Of a stretch of DNA of 29,504 nucleotides, positions 17,062-26,242 are shown one piece after another (position 1 is the stretch's first letter; each line of letters opens with the position of its first letter). The DNA is taken from positions 1-29,504 of the forward strand of contig NZ_QLIR01000022.1 of assembly GCF_003428155.1 (NCBI RefSeq), given 5' to 3'. Under the pieces are notes generated by a model. The model did not search any database. It was not told the DNA's origin and worked only from the letters and a program-made list of their open reading frames with translations. The translations under genes and the position numbers were made by a program. The DNA is from Fastidiosibacter lacustris. GTDB taxonomy: Bacteria; Pseudomonadota; Gammaproteobacteria; Francisellales; Francisellaceae.

Positions 17062-17814
17062 ATGATGAACACAGTTTATTACTTACCAAAGGATAACAAC
17101 TATATTGAAGTACCTCAAAGTATCTACGTTCGTACTTTGAGCACTCAACTTCAAAGTGGATTTTACTTAACTTATATCGATCAAAAACTGACTCTATGCC
17201 ACACCAGCTCTAAGCTCACACTTTGCGTTGATTTTGCGAATGTTGAAATTCAAAATCGCATTAAAACGAATGCTGCTAAGCTTGATTTAGTCAAAGCTGT
17301 TGAAGGCAAGCGTAAAACTCAACTTTCCATCCTTGATATGACAGCAGGCTTAGGACAAGATAGTTTTTGTCTTGCTTCACGCGGTCACCATATCACTGCT
17401 ATCGAGCAAAATCCTTATGTTTTTCTGCTTGTCAATGATGGTTTAATTCGTGCTCAACAAGATATAAAACTACAAGATTCAGCTAGTCGAATTAGACTTT
17501 ATTTTGCAAACGCTATAAATTTTGCCACACTTGATTTATCACATCAAGCTTATGACGTTATCTATCTTGATCCGATGTTTCCTGAACGACTTAAAAGTGC
17601 TAAGGTTAAAAAAAACATGCAATTACTTCATCAACTTGTTGGTATTGATGAGCAAAATAATGATGCTCTTTTTCTTTTTGCGCAAAGCTTCTTTGCAAAA
17701 AAAATTGTCGTTAAGCGCCCACGCTTAGGCGAATTCTTAGTTGGGAAAAGACCCACCAGCCAACTCATAGCAAAAAGTAGTCGTTTTGATATTTATGCAA
17801 GTCATACAACTTAA
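17062..17814 (+). CDS. rsmJ: 16S rRNA (guanine1516-N2)-methyltransferase RsmJ-like SAM methyltransferase
   Basis: 250-aa ORF. ILDMTAGLGQDSF (SAM-binding motif I of RsmJ) and VIYLDPMFP, with the characteristic C-terminal KRPR. Confidence 0.8.
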   Translation: MMNTVYYLPKDNNYIEVPQSIYVRTLSTQLQSGFYLTYIDQKLTLCHTSSKLTLCVDFANVEIQNRIKTNAAKLDLVKAVEGKRKTQLSILDMTAGLGQDSFCLASRGHHITAIEQNPYVFLLVNDGLIRAQQDIKLQDSASRIRLYFANAINFATLDLSHQAYDVIYLDPMFPERLKSAKVKKNMQLLHQLVGIDEQNNDALFLFAQSFFAKKIVVKRPRLGEFLVGKRPTSQLIAKSSRFDIYASHTT

Positions 17815-17958
17815 ATCAGATAAAAGCTAAATATAAAAGATTTATCATCTGTTCAATAAAAAGGTTGATCTTAGCTAAGATTGATACTGATCATCTTACT
17901 TTAGTCTTAAACTATAGATATAGCTTTGATCGAGTTTTTGATGGCACATTTTACCCCA

Positions 17959-18306
17959 TCATTGAGATAACTTTAGTCCTATGTTAGGAAATAACATGTC
18001 GTATGATTTTTCGACTCTAGTATGTTGTTCCGTTAATAAATTCTCAATCGTAATACCCAGATAATTGGTTATGGCTAATAAAGTTAATATGGTTGGATTA
18101 CATTTACCGTTGACAATTTTACTCACTGTTCCTGTCGACAGTCCAAGTTCTTTACTCAACTCAACACTATTAACATTCTTTTGATACATGTAAATTTTAA
18201 GGTTCGTTCCAATAATATTTAATTTTTTATAACCATCAATTGCATTCACTTTTAAAGTTTCAATTTTCATATTCACACTCAAGTTCACTTTAACTAACTC
18301 ATACAT
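17959..18306 (-). CDS. XRE-family helix-turn-helix transcriptional regulator (orphan)
   Basis: IGTNLKIYMYQKNVNSVELSKELGLSTGTVSKIVNGKCNPTILTLLAITNYLGITIENLL is a classic Cro/C1-type HTH. Start may be the internal ATG at 18270. Confidence 0.7.
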   Translation of the reverse strand: MYELVKVNLSVNMKIETLKVNAIDGYKKLNIIGTNLKIYMYQKNVNSVELSKELGLSTGTVSKIVNGKCNPTILTLLAITNYLGITIENLLTEQHTRVEKSYDMLFPNIGLKLSQ

Positions 18307-18498
18307 AAAAAAATTCTAACTTGAAATAAAAATTTGTGCAACAAAACTATTGCAATAGTATTCAATAATTGATACGCTTGATCGGAGTCATTATTAAGGT
18401 CACCCCCATACCTTAATGCTAAACACCCCTCCCTACATGAAAAGGATTTACTCAACTAGCAAGGAAATGACTCAAGTCCCATTATTACCTGAGAACTC

Positions 18499-18541
18499 TA
18501 TCTTCTTTAAAGAAGATAAAAGGCATTATGCCTAATTTTTT
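18499..18541. terminator. Tandem hairpins with flanking T/A runs; a likely bidirectional terminator about 190 nt downstream of the dap-operon end
   Basis: Perfect 20-bp palindrome TATCTTCTTTAAAGAAGATA (18499-18518), then AGGCAT-T-ATGCCT (18521-18533), then AATTTTTT on the + strand. On the minus strand the second hairpin is followed by TTTTAT. Confidence 0.4.
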
Positions 18542-18733
18542 GGATAACACAAGTTATTTTTTTGAAATTTATGTTTGTACAGGATGTTTTTTCATTTGAG
18601 TAGCTCTTGAATTGGTTTTTGATAAGCGTTAGTAATCATAAGCAGCAGAACTTCTTTTGCTTTAATCAACTAAACTAAATTCCACATTTTTAAATAACGG
18701 CGATACCATTTGCGTAAGGTTAGTCGTGAAATA

Positions 18734-19843
18734 CTATAAAACTACATTCAACAAATGACTTCCTTGTTGTAATGCACCTTTTGCATTAATGCTGATAACA
18801 AGTCCATTAAATGGAAAAGAAATAGAGATGGCTGTTTGACTCGACATTTTAAGGCATCTACCAACCAGTTGATCTTTTTTAATAACGTCTCCTGGTGCAA
18901 TAAACCATTCATATAAACCACCATATAGCGCATGCAGTGCTTTGAAGTTATCTTCGTTATGAAAGGTAACACGACTTGATAGGGCATTGCTACTATCTGA
19001 ATATGGCTGAACAACTTTGTGATGAGCTAGGTAGTTTAGAATGCGCAATGCTTGCATTTGTGCTTTTTGACTATTGATTAATTCTTCTGAACCTAACTCA
19101 AGTGTGAAACTTTCAACGCCAACAACTTCTTTTCTACCTAATTCACCAAACGCTCTTTGTAGACTCCACCAAGGATAAAACCCTGCTTCGTCTAACGCAC
19201 CATTGCATTTGTTTTCGATTAAAAACACATGCTCAAAACCAAATTTCTCGGCGCTGTTTTTTGCATATGCAGGGCTATAAAGATAATCAATTGAATGCGT
19301 ATCGGTATGTAAATCTAGAATAATATCTGCTTCAAGCGCATGTTTTTGCATCGTGTAGTTTAAGCGTTTAGCGCGTGATAGCATATATTGATTTGCTAAA
19401 GCTTGATCAATTTGTTGATATAACACTTCACGCAAAGCCTGTTTATAAACTTTCATATCACTTTTAAGATGTGTTTTAGCAAAATCATGGTAATTAATAT
19501 CAGGTTTAAAGTAATAACGGTTCCAATTATCGCCATTTGTTGAATCAAACCGACCCTGGTGACCTGCACCTATGAGCATATCGCGTCCAATCGGGTTGCA
19601 TTGTGGAATAATTGTAATATCGCCTAAAGGTTGCTTATTTTTAAAATACTTGAGAAGTACCAAAATAACGGCATTACCCTGAATTTCTGATGCGTGCATG
19701 CTTGCTTGAATATAAACTTTTTTGGCAGCAGAATCACCGCCTTTTATAACAAGCTTAGTCACCTCTATTGCCTCACCAGCAGCATTTTCACCTACTTTTA
19801 TTTTTTGTTCTGAAATATATTCATATCCACTCATACTAACCAA
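18734..19843 (-). CDS. Succinylglutamate desuccinylase/aspartoacylase (AstE/AspA, M14-like zinc hydrolase) family protein
   Basis: 369-aa ORF. Zinc-ligand pattern HxxE (MHASEIQG) plus a downstream His (ILDLHTDTHS). The C-terminal barrel-like segment GGLYEWFIAPGDVIKKDQLVG is typical of the family. Overlaps the upstream decarboxylase gene by 13 nt. Confidence 0.8.
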   Translation of the reverse strand: MVSMSGYEYISEQKIKVGENAAGEAIEVTKLVIKGGDSAAKKVYIQASMHASEIQGNAVILVLLKYFKNKQPLGDITIIPQCNPIGRDMLIGAGHQGRFDSTNGDNWNRYYFKPDINYHDFAKTHLKSDMKVYKQALREVLYQQIDQALANQYMLSRAKRLNYTMQKHALEADIILDLHTDTHSIDYLYSPAYAKNSAEKFGFEHVFLIENKCNGALDEAGFYPWWSLQRAFGELGRKEVVGVESFTLELGSEELINSQKAQMQALRILNYLAHHKVVQPYSDSSNALSSRVTFHNEDNFKALHALYGGLYEWFIAPGDVIKKDQLVGRCLKMSSQTAISISFPFNGLVISINAKGALQQGSHLLNVVL

Positions 19844-21039
19844 CTCTGTGCGTTTTTTGTTTGTCTTATTATCCTAATGTGACCCTTATTAAAAACTACC
19901 TCAGCAGGTAGCTTGTGGCATAAAAAAAAAGGCATACTTTCAGTAAAACCATAAGCACCTGTTGTATGAAATACCAAGTAATCATTTATATTCACATCAT
20001 CTGGTAACTGAATTTGTCCAAGCTGATCTAAATTGGTACATAACGAACCATGCACCTGAATAGGTATGAGCTTAGCAAAACTTTGGCGTAATAGAGTTGT
20101 TGGAAATGCTTCCCCAGTAATGGCAGGTCTAAGCAAATGCTGACTCCCTCCCTCAACAACAAGTAAAGTTTTACCATAGATTTGTTTACGATCAACAACG
20201 CGTGTCAAATAAACACCACATTCAGCTACTGCGTAACGACCTAATTCAAGCCAAAACTGAAGCTTTGGATAACTATTGATTAAATTTTTCAATAATATTT
20301 CAATATCTTTTAATACTAAAGGGACTTGTAATTGAGTATATGGAACACCTAATCCACCACCTAGGTCAAGCACTCGTAAATTTATGTTAATCTCGTCTGC
20401 AAGCATATTAAGCGTTTTAGAAATCGTAAACCAAATCTGTTCAAGCTTGTCTTTAGATAAAACATTGCCCCATTGAAAGCAATGAAAGCCGATGATATCA
20501 ACATAATGACTTCGTTGTTTATTTTGCTTAAAATAATCTACCCAATCTTGTGGTGGCAATCCAAACGGGGTGATACATTTGCCACCTAAAACATTTTTTT
20601 CGCTCAAAGCCCACTTAAGCTGCACCCGCAATAAGACTTGTACGTCAACCTTTTTTTGATTCACAATGTTCGTTAAGTCAACCAATTGCTGAATGCTCTC
20701 TATCACAAAAACACGAACACCTCTATCAATAAAATACATAAGCTGTACATAGGATTTAGCAGGTCCTGTGTGAAGAATACGCTGAGACAGAACACCCTGA
20801 GCTAACACCTGCTCAAGCTCACCGATACTTGCAACATCAAAGCACATTTTTTCAGTGGCTAGTGTTTGAATAATGCAAGATAGTGGATTGGCCTTTAATG
20901 CATACCAAAGCTTAACAGGAAGAGAACTAAGCTTTTTAATATGTGATGCCAGCACATCTAAGTCATAGTAAAAAAATGGTGCATCAATCTGTTGGACTAA
21001 GCTTTGCAAATATGGTTCATGCAAGTTAAGATCAAACAT
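19831..21039 (-). CDS. Fold-type III PLP-dependent decarboxylase (Orn/DAP/Arg decarboxylase family); diaminopimelate decarboxylase by context, but divergent
   Basis: 402-aa ORF. PLP-lysine motif YALKAN, glycine loop LDLGGGLGVPY, ELGRY, C-x3-D (CTNLD) and TGAYGF. The stretch after the PLP-stacking His reads FHCFQWG instead of the usual H-x-G-S. Confidence 0.75.
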   Translation of the reverse strand: MFDLNLHEPYLQSLVQQIDAPFFYYDLDVLASHIKKLSSLPVKLWYALKANPLSCIIQTLATEKMCFDVASIGELEQVLAQGVLSQRILHTGPAKSYVQLMYFIDRGVRVFVIESIQQLVDLTNIVNQKKVDVQVLLRVQLKWALSEKNVLGGKCITPFGLPPQDWVDYFKQNKQRSHYVDIIGFHCFQWGNVLSKDKLEQIWFTISKTLNMLADEININLRVLDLGGGLGVPYTQLQVPLVLKDIEILLKNLINSYPKLQFWLELGRYAVAECGVYLTRVVDRKQIYGKTLLVVEGGSQHLLRPAITGEAFPTTLLRQSFAKLIPIQVHGSLCTNLDQLGQIQLPDDVNINDYLVFHTTGAYGFTESMPFFLCHKLPAEVVFNKGHIRIIRQTKNAQSWLV

Positions 21040-21788
21040 TAGCGCAATGCCTCCTCTAGGCTTAGTGCTTGATCACTCTTATCGTCACGATATTTTACAA
21101 TAATCGGACAAGCCGCTTGCAAGCTATTTTCCTTTGCCCAAGGTTGTAACAATGGGCGTGTACCAGGGATCACAACCGCACCCTCTGGGATTTTTTCACT
21201 TTTATCTAAGATCCTTTCATTGACACAGTCGTAAACGTTAACTCCTTTTGATAGTACCACTGATGGTGCAATTACTGCGCGTTTACCAATTACTATTCCT
21301 TCAACAATAATCGCTCCAGCACCAACAAAAACATAATCTTCTATGATCACAGGATTCATACCGATTGGTTCTAATACACCTCCTATTTGGACGCCTGCTG
21401 ATAAGTGAACGTATTTACCAATTTGTGCACATGAGCCAACCAATACGTGACTGTCAAGCATCGTATTTTCATCAACATACGCACCTGTATTAACATAAGA
21501 AGGAGGCATAATTACGACCGATGGTGCAATATAGGCACCTCTTCTGACAGCTGATCCTCCTGGTACCATACGTATACCATCCTTAACGCTAAAAAGCCTA
21601 GGTGGCAAATTATGCTTATCAACAAACCCATGATATGCTGCGTCAAAATCTTTATTTTTTCCAGCTTTAAACGCCTCTAGAATCGCTTGTTTGACCTCAA
21701 TATTTACCTGCCAATCACCATTATCTTTTCGGCTGGCTGACCTTAGTTTACCTGTTTGTAAATCTGCTAAAACTTGTTCCCAGTTCAT
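21039..21788 (-). CDS. dapD: 2,3,4,5-tetrahydropyridine-2,6-dicarboxylate N-succinyltransferase
   Basis: 249-aa ORF. The left-handed beta-helix core PSYVNTGAYVDENTMLDSHVLVGSCAQIGKYVHLSAGVQIGGVLEP...IIED aligns closely with my memory of E. coli DapD. 1-nt TAATG overlap with the next gene. Confidence 0.85.
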   Translation of the reverse strand: MNWEQVLADLQTGKLRSASRKDNGDWQVNIEVKQAILEAFKAGKNKDFDAAYHGFVDKHNLPPRLFSVKDGIRMVPGGSAVRRGAYIAPSVVIMPPSYVNTGAYVDENTMLDSHVLVGSCAQIGKYVHLSAGVQIGGVLEPIGMNPVIIEDYVFVGAGAIIVEGIVIGKRAVIAPSVVLSKGVNVYDCVNERILDKSEKIPEGAVVIPGTRPLLQPWAKENSLQAACPIIVKYRDDKSDQALSLEEALR

Positions 21789-21806
21789 GTTGTCCTCAGT
21801 TTGTTT

Positions 21807-22697
21807 TTATACTACAGCTGTGTAATATGCCTTAAGTATTTCATCAGCTTCACTAAGTTGTGCCAAGCCAGTAAGCTCACTTGCCACTAAAGGCGCTCTT
21901 AAAGTATTGCTTGCAATTTTATTAGTGTGAGCAAGCCAAACTTTTGCGGGAATCGGATTTGCCACACTAAAACAGGCCTTAGCTGCTGTTTGCCACAAGC
22001 TTTGTTCTTCATTTGTGATCTTACCTGCTAAAGCAGCTGTAACGTAGCATTTAGTTTCGATAGGCCAAAGATTGGATACAACTGATACCAAGCCTTTGGC
22101 GCCAACCTGTGCTAGTTCTGGCATCATTGCATCCTCTCCACTATATACAGCCACTGAAGATGCGATCTCAACATAGCGTTTGAAACGTTCAATATCACCA
22201 GAAGCCTCTTTTAATGCCCATAGGTTGGGATGCTCTTTTAATGCATCAAACGCCTGAAAGCATAAATTAACTCCTGTGCGAGAAGGAACGTTATACAGCA
22301 TACAAGGTTTTTGAGAACGATCCAAAAGTGTATTAAACCAGGCAATTTGCCCTTGTGTTCCTGGTTTAGCATAAATGGGTGTTACTATTAAATAACCATC
22401 TATTTTCTGCTGGTTACAGAAATCCAACCACTGTACTTGTTGTGGTAGCTGATAACCACCTACTCCAACTAAAAGTGGGACGTTTAGGTTTAAAGCACAA
22501 GTAAATTCTACGACTTGACACTGCTCGGTAAAAGTAAGTGCCAATGCTTCACCTGTACTACCCAAAATTAATACGCCACAATCAGCATCTTCTTGCTGTC
22601 TTAATAATCTTTCAAAGCTTACAAAGTCGATTTTCCCTCCATCTAACATTGGAGTGACAACCGCTGTATATAAAATATTATTTAAATTTATTGTCAT
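21807..22697 (-). CDS. dapA: 4-hydroxy-tetrahydrodipicolinate synthase
   Basis: 296-aa ORF. GSTGEA, YNVPSRTG and Schiff-base lysine context ALKEASGD. ATGA overlap with dapB. Confidence 0.9.
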   Translation of the reverse strand: MTINLNNILYTAVVTPMLDGGKIDFVSFERLLRQQEDADCGVLILGSTGEALALTFTEQCQVVEFTCALNLNVPLLVGVGGYQLPQQVQWLDFCNQQKIDGYLIVTPIYAKPGTQGQIAWFNTLLDRSQKPCMLYNVPSRTGVNLCFQAFDALKEHPNLWALKEASGDIERFKRYVEIASSVAVYSGEDAMMPELAQVGAKGLVSVVSNLWPIETKCYVTAALAGKITNEEQSLWQTAAKACFSVANPIPAKVWLAHTNKIASNTLRAPLVASELTGLAQLSEADEILKAYYTAVV

Positions 22698-23362
22698 AAG
22701 ACACCTCCTACTAATTCATCAAACTGATAAAACCCGATGAGTGGTTCATTTTTACAGACAAAACGCGCTGCCCATATCGCGCCTTGTGCAAATAGTCTTC
22801 TATCATGAGCGGTATGTTTTAATTCAATCTTTTCATAAGGGTTGCTGACTACAAGCCTATGCTCACCTTTTACATCTTCTTTGCGAATAGATTCAATTGG
22901 GCAATTGTCAACGCTAAGCCATTTTTGCCATGAAATTGCCGTTCCACTTGGCGCATCTAGCTTCTCTATATGGTGCGTTTCCAACAGTGCAAACGAGGTA
23001 TTTGTCACTAAGTTTTGCAGATTGCCTAATGTACTAAGCATTTGTTTAATCAATACCATCGACAAGCTAAAATTATTGGCTACTACCCAAGTTTGGGCAT
23101 TTTGGTTAACGCTATCAATAATTTCATCTGTGTAGTCAAATCCAGTTGATCCACACACTACCATAACCTTACTTTGAAGCAAAATGGGTAAGATTGAACG
23201 TAGCGCTACAGCATTAACAAAGACAATCGCAACGTCTGCCTTGTTAAGCTTTTCCACGGTAACCAAATTTTGAGAGTCAAATATATCGCTTATTTCATTA
23301 TCCTTCAATAAATCAATAACGGCTTGTCCCGTTTTGCCTTTACCAATTACAGCCACTTTCAT
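22694..23362 (-). CDS. dapB: 4-hydroxy-tetrahydrodipicolinate reductase (short form, 222 aa)
   Basis: N-terminal Rossmann MKVAVIGKGKTGQ and signature ETHHIEKLDAPSGTA. First gene of the operon. Confidence 0.85.
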   Translation of the reverse strand: MKVAVIGKGKTGQAVIDLLKDNEISDIFDSQNLVTVEKLNKADVAIVFVNAVALRSILPILLQSKVMVVCGSTGFDYTDEIIDSVNQNAQTWVVANNFSLSMVLIKQMLSTLGNLQNLVTNTSFALLETHHIEKLDAPSGTAISWQKWLSVDNCPIESIRKEDVKGEHRLVVSNPYEKIELKHTAHDRRLFAQGAIWAARFVCKNEPLIGFYQFDELVGGVL

Positions 23363-23748
23363 ATCACATTATCCTTATAAGTTTGAAGGAAAATTTGATC
23401 ATAAATCCTTTTGATCAGCATCTTTGCATTTTTTTATTTACTAATTAAGCGAATATTATGCCTACTTGCGCTATGACTGAAAAGATGAATATGATCATAA
23501 GACAATACACTAAACAACTTACCACTAACGCCTTTATGCTGTACCAATCACGGAAATTAATGACAGGTTAAGTTCAATACTGATTTCAATATTATCTATA
23601 GTCTGTAATTCATGCCGTAGATTACCGTTACTAGCTTATTATCCACTTATGACTACCAATATGCTTTAGAATTAAAGCAACGTTCACTTCACTGTTACTG
23701 ACAAAATCACTATAACCTGACCTTTTTATCACGATCAAAAGGTTTGTG

Positions 23749-24624
23749 TTAAACTTTTTTAAAATACTTACGGCTTAAATCTAAACCAAAAAGCTTTTCT
23801 AACTTTATTTTAAAACGTTGACGCTTTTCTTTTTTGGTCAATATATGATGAGTATTGGCTTGAAAAATTTCCTCTTGCTGTGGAAAAAATCCTTCAATAA
23901 TTTTAGGATGTGTCCCAACAAACTTCATCAGGATTTTGGGATCGATATCGCTGTATTTCGAGTCAAAACCTTCTGATTTTCCCCAATGCTTATTGACCTG
24001 GCTAATCTTCTTACTCATTGCAGATTCAGGACGCACCCAACCATAATGATAGATATAATTATCCAATAGTTTTGCCTTGGGATAACGCCCAATACGATTG
24101 GATTTTTTAGGATCCAATACCAACCAGTACAAACCATCTGGTGCATAACTTCTAACACTTGCTTTAATGACTCTAGGTGCGTAGCGATACCAAGTTGGTG
24201 ACGCTAAATAAGTGTTAGTATTACCATAAAAATGATAATAACGAAAAGCCAATGCTTCGACTTCTGGATCGTTTTTGTACTGTTGCAAAGCCTTTTGAAT
24301 ATCATCTAAATCCTTTTCGTGAACAATTTCATCTCCTTCTAGATAAAAAAGCCAATCACCAGTACAAGCAAATTGAGCAATCATTTTTTGCTGGGCATAA
24401 GTATATCCTTTTACCTGCATGTGTTCATTCCAGATGGTTTCAATAATTTTAATTTTTGGATTGTCTTTGGTTAACTGATACAGAATATCAGGACTTTTAT
24501 CTTGAGATTTTCCAAGCGCAATAATAAATTCATCACAAATCGGTAAAATCGATAAAATAGATTGAACATAGGGAAAACACAACTCTTCGGCATTGCGTAA
24601 AAAAGTAAACCCTGATAGTTTCAT
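23749..24624 (-). CDS. Glycosyltransferase family 2-like protein
   Basis: 291-aa ORF. N-terminal FLRNAEE...ICDEFIIALGKSQDKSPDIL and an acidic YLEGDE (DXD-like) motif resemble small GT2/GT-A enzymes. Assignment made by eye only. Confidence 0.55.
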   Translation of the reverse strand: MKLSGFTFLRNAEELCFPYVQSILSILPICDEFIIALGKSQDKSPDILYQLTKDNPKIKIIETIWNEHMQVKGYTYAQQKMIAQFACTGDWLFYLEGDEIVHEKDLDDIQKALQQYKNDPEVEALAFRYYHFYGNTNTYLASPTWYRYAPRVIKASVRSYAPDGLYWLVLDPKKSNRIGRYPKAKLLDNYIYHYGWVRPESAMSKKISQVNKHWGKSEGFDSKYSDIDPKILMKFVGTHPKIIEGFFPQQEEIFQANTHHILTKKEKRQRFKIKLEKLFGLDLSRKYFKKV

Positions 24625-24964
24625 GACAAATCTGATTCAAATAATTTTGCAATAGTTTAGGGAAAACAAATTCAGAATGATACTAAAAAACATCAATTCG
24701 ACATAAAAGTTCATAATACAATCCATTCTCTAGTCTTTTCCTTTGTAAACGAAAATTTTTTCATTTGAGCAATTCTCGCAGTGATTTATTTAAAATTTTT
24801 CTTTACACTAGTCGTCAGCTGTTTGCTGTTTGAGGTGCTTTTTCATATTGCGCAAATCAGAAAAAATAACGTTTCACGCAGCATTTTGCAATCTTTTCTT
24901 CGTGTACAGAGAATCGATGTAGAAAAAGTAAATATTACTGAGTTAGTCCAAGCTGGGGTGCTAC

Positions 24965-26134
24965 ATGAAAATCTACACTAAGCGAGATTTATACCTTATT
25001 AATATCGCATCAACTTTTGCTTACGTAGGAGCTGCCGCCACGTGGAGTGGGATACCTTATTTGCTTGTTAAACTGACGGGTGATGCTCAACACTTTGCTT
25101 TTATGCTGATTACAAGTCAGATAATTGGTGTTGTTGCACCTTTCCTATCTAAATATGTTGTGGATTGTTATAGCCGCAAAATAATAAGTATACTGTCAAG
25201 CATAGGTGCAATTATATCGCTTTTGTGGTTAATAAACTTAGACTTTACTACCTCAGTAGCTATGTTTTATATTGCAAGTTGCTGTCTGTGGCTAATGTTA
25301 TATATGGGAGAGCCCGCTCGTAAAGTGTGGCAAGGAAATATAATTAAGGAAGTGTATGAGCGTTGCGAAGAAGGAATGGCAAGGTTTAATGCAATTAATA
25401 TGGTTGGTAAGGCGATTGGTTTTAGCATTGGACCCATCCTTTTTGGGTGTTTGGGATATTATGCATTTTTTGTGGAGGTACTTGGCTATATCTGTGAAGT
25501 TATACTTTTATTTTTTATTACCTATGAAGCATCCTTGGCTGGAATAAGAGAAGTTAAGAAGGTTACACTAAAATTTCTTGCACAAAATAGACATTTTTTT
25601 TGGATTTTAGTTTCAACAGGTATTTTTGCTTACCCTGTGTTATATGTAGGTCAAAACTTATTGATTTCCAAGTTTAATGCTTCAAGCTTGTTAATTTCCT
25701 TATTTTGGCTGATGCTGACACTAGGTTCTATTATAAGCAATTTACTGGTGAGTAAGAGAGTTATGCGAAATTGTGATCAACTAAAAATATATCGAATATT
25801 ATCTTATGTCGTAATGATAGCCATGATAGGCATGCTTTTTGCTCCATCACCTTATTTACTCATAGCGTTTGGTGTCGGATGTACACTAATTAATCCTATG
25901 TTAAATGTAATTGCAAATAAGGACATATTTATTCGCTACCCAAATCAGGTTAGAGGACAGGTAATTGCCTTATCAACCTCTTTTGCCGCTGTGATAAATA
26001 TTATTGTGTTAAGTCTGCTACAAGCATTTGATTTGACCCAAGTAAATGTTTCCCTGTATGTTTTAATTGGAATGCTTAGCATTGTGGTTTTTAGGAATCA
26101 TCACGTTCGTTGTTATTCAAGTGTAAGAAAATAA
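24965..26134 (+). CDS. MFS-type transporter
   Basis: 389-aa ORF with about 11-12 hydrophobic segments in two halves. The loop after TM2 (VDCYSRKII) resembles the MFS D-R-x-x-R-R/K motif. Confidence 0.6.
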   Translation: MKIYTKRDLYLINIASTFAYVGAAATWSGIPYLLVKLTGDAQHFAFMLITSQIIGVVAPFLSKYVVDCYSRKIISILSSIGAIISLLWLINLDFTTSVAMFYIASCCLWLMLYMGEPARKVWQGNIIKEVYERCEEGMARFNAINMVGKAIGFSIGPILFGCLGYYAFFVEVLGYICEVILLFFITYEASLAGIREVKKVTLKFLAQNRHFFWILVSTGIFAYPVLYVGQNLLISKFNASSLLISLFWLMLTLGSIISNLLVSKRVMRNCDQLKIYRILSYVVMIAMIGMLFAPSPYLLIAFGVGCTLINPMLNVIANKDIFIRYPNQVRGQVIALSTSFAAVINIIVLSLLQAFDLTQVNVSLYVLIGMLSIVVFRNHHVRCYSSVRK

Positions 26135-26242
26135 GGACTTATGGGACACCGATACTCAGCATCATAAATTGGAGATGTTGCCATAAAGAAGTTAAATTGC
26201 AGATGTATAATCTTTAGTGTATTGACTTGTTCAAAACTATGA

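Noticed and set aside
18670-18733. Minus-strand peptide SISRLTLRKWYRRYLKMWNLV*, resembling the HTH end of IS3/IS481-type transposase N-termini
   Set aside because: It is only about 20 codons with nothing recognisable continuing on either side. That is too short to call without a database search.
17522-19014. ORFs 17522-17728(+) and 18748-19014(-)
   Set aside because: They are out-of-frame overlaps within the rsmJ and AstE-like genes respectively.
22842-23135. 97-aa + strand ORF
   Set aside because: It is antisense to dapB.
23363-23748. 386-nt leader upstream of dapB examined for a lysine (L-box) riboswitch
   Set aside because: Reading the minus strand, I could not find the conserved AGAGGNGC / GAG...GCCGAAG / TGTCA elements or a plausible five-helix layout. 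A covariance-model scan would be decisive.
24252-25547. ORFs 24252-24446(+), 24781-24981(+, GTG start) and 25356-25547(+)
   Set aside because: The first is antisense to the glycosyltransferase gene and the third is out of frame within the MFS gene. The GTG-start 66-aa ORF in the divergent promoter region has no motif or RBS and overlaps the MFS start, so it is probably spurious.
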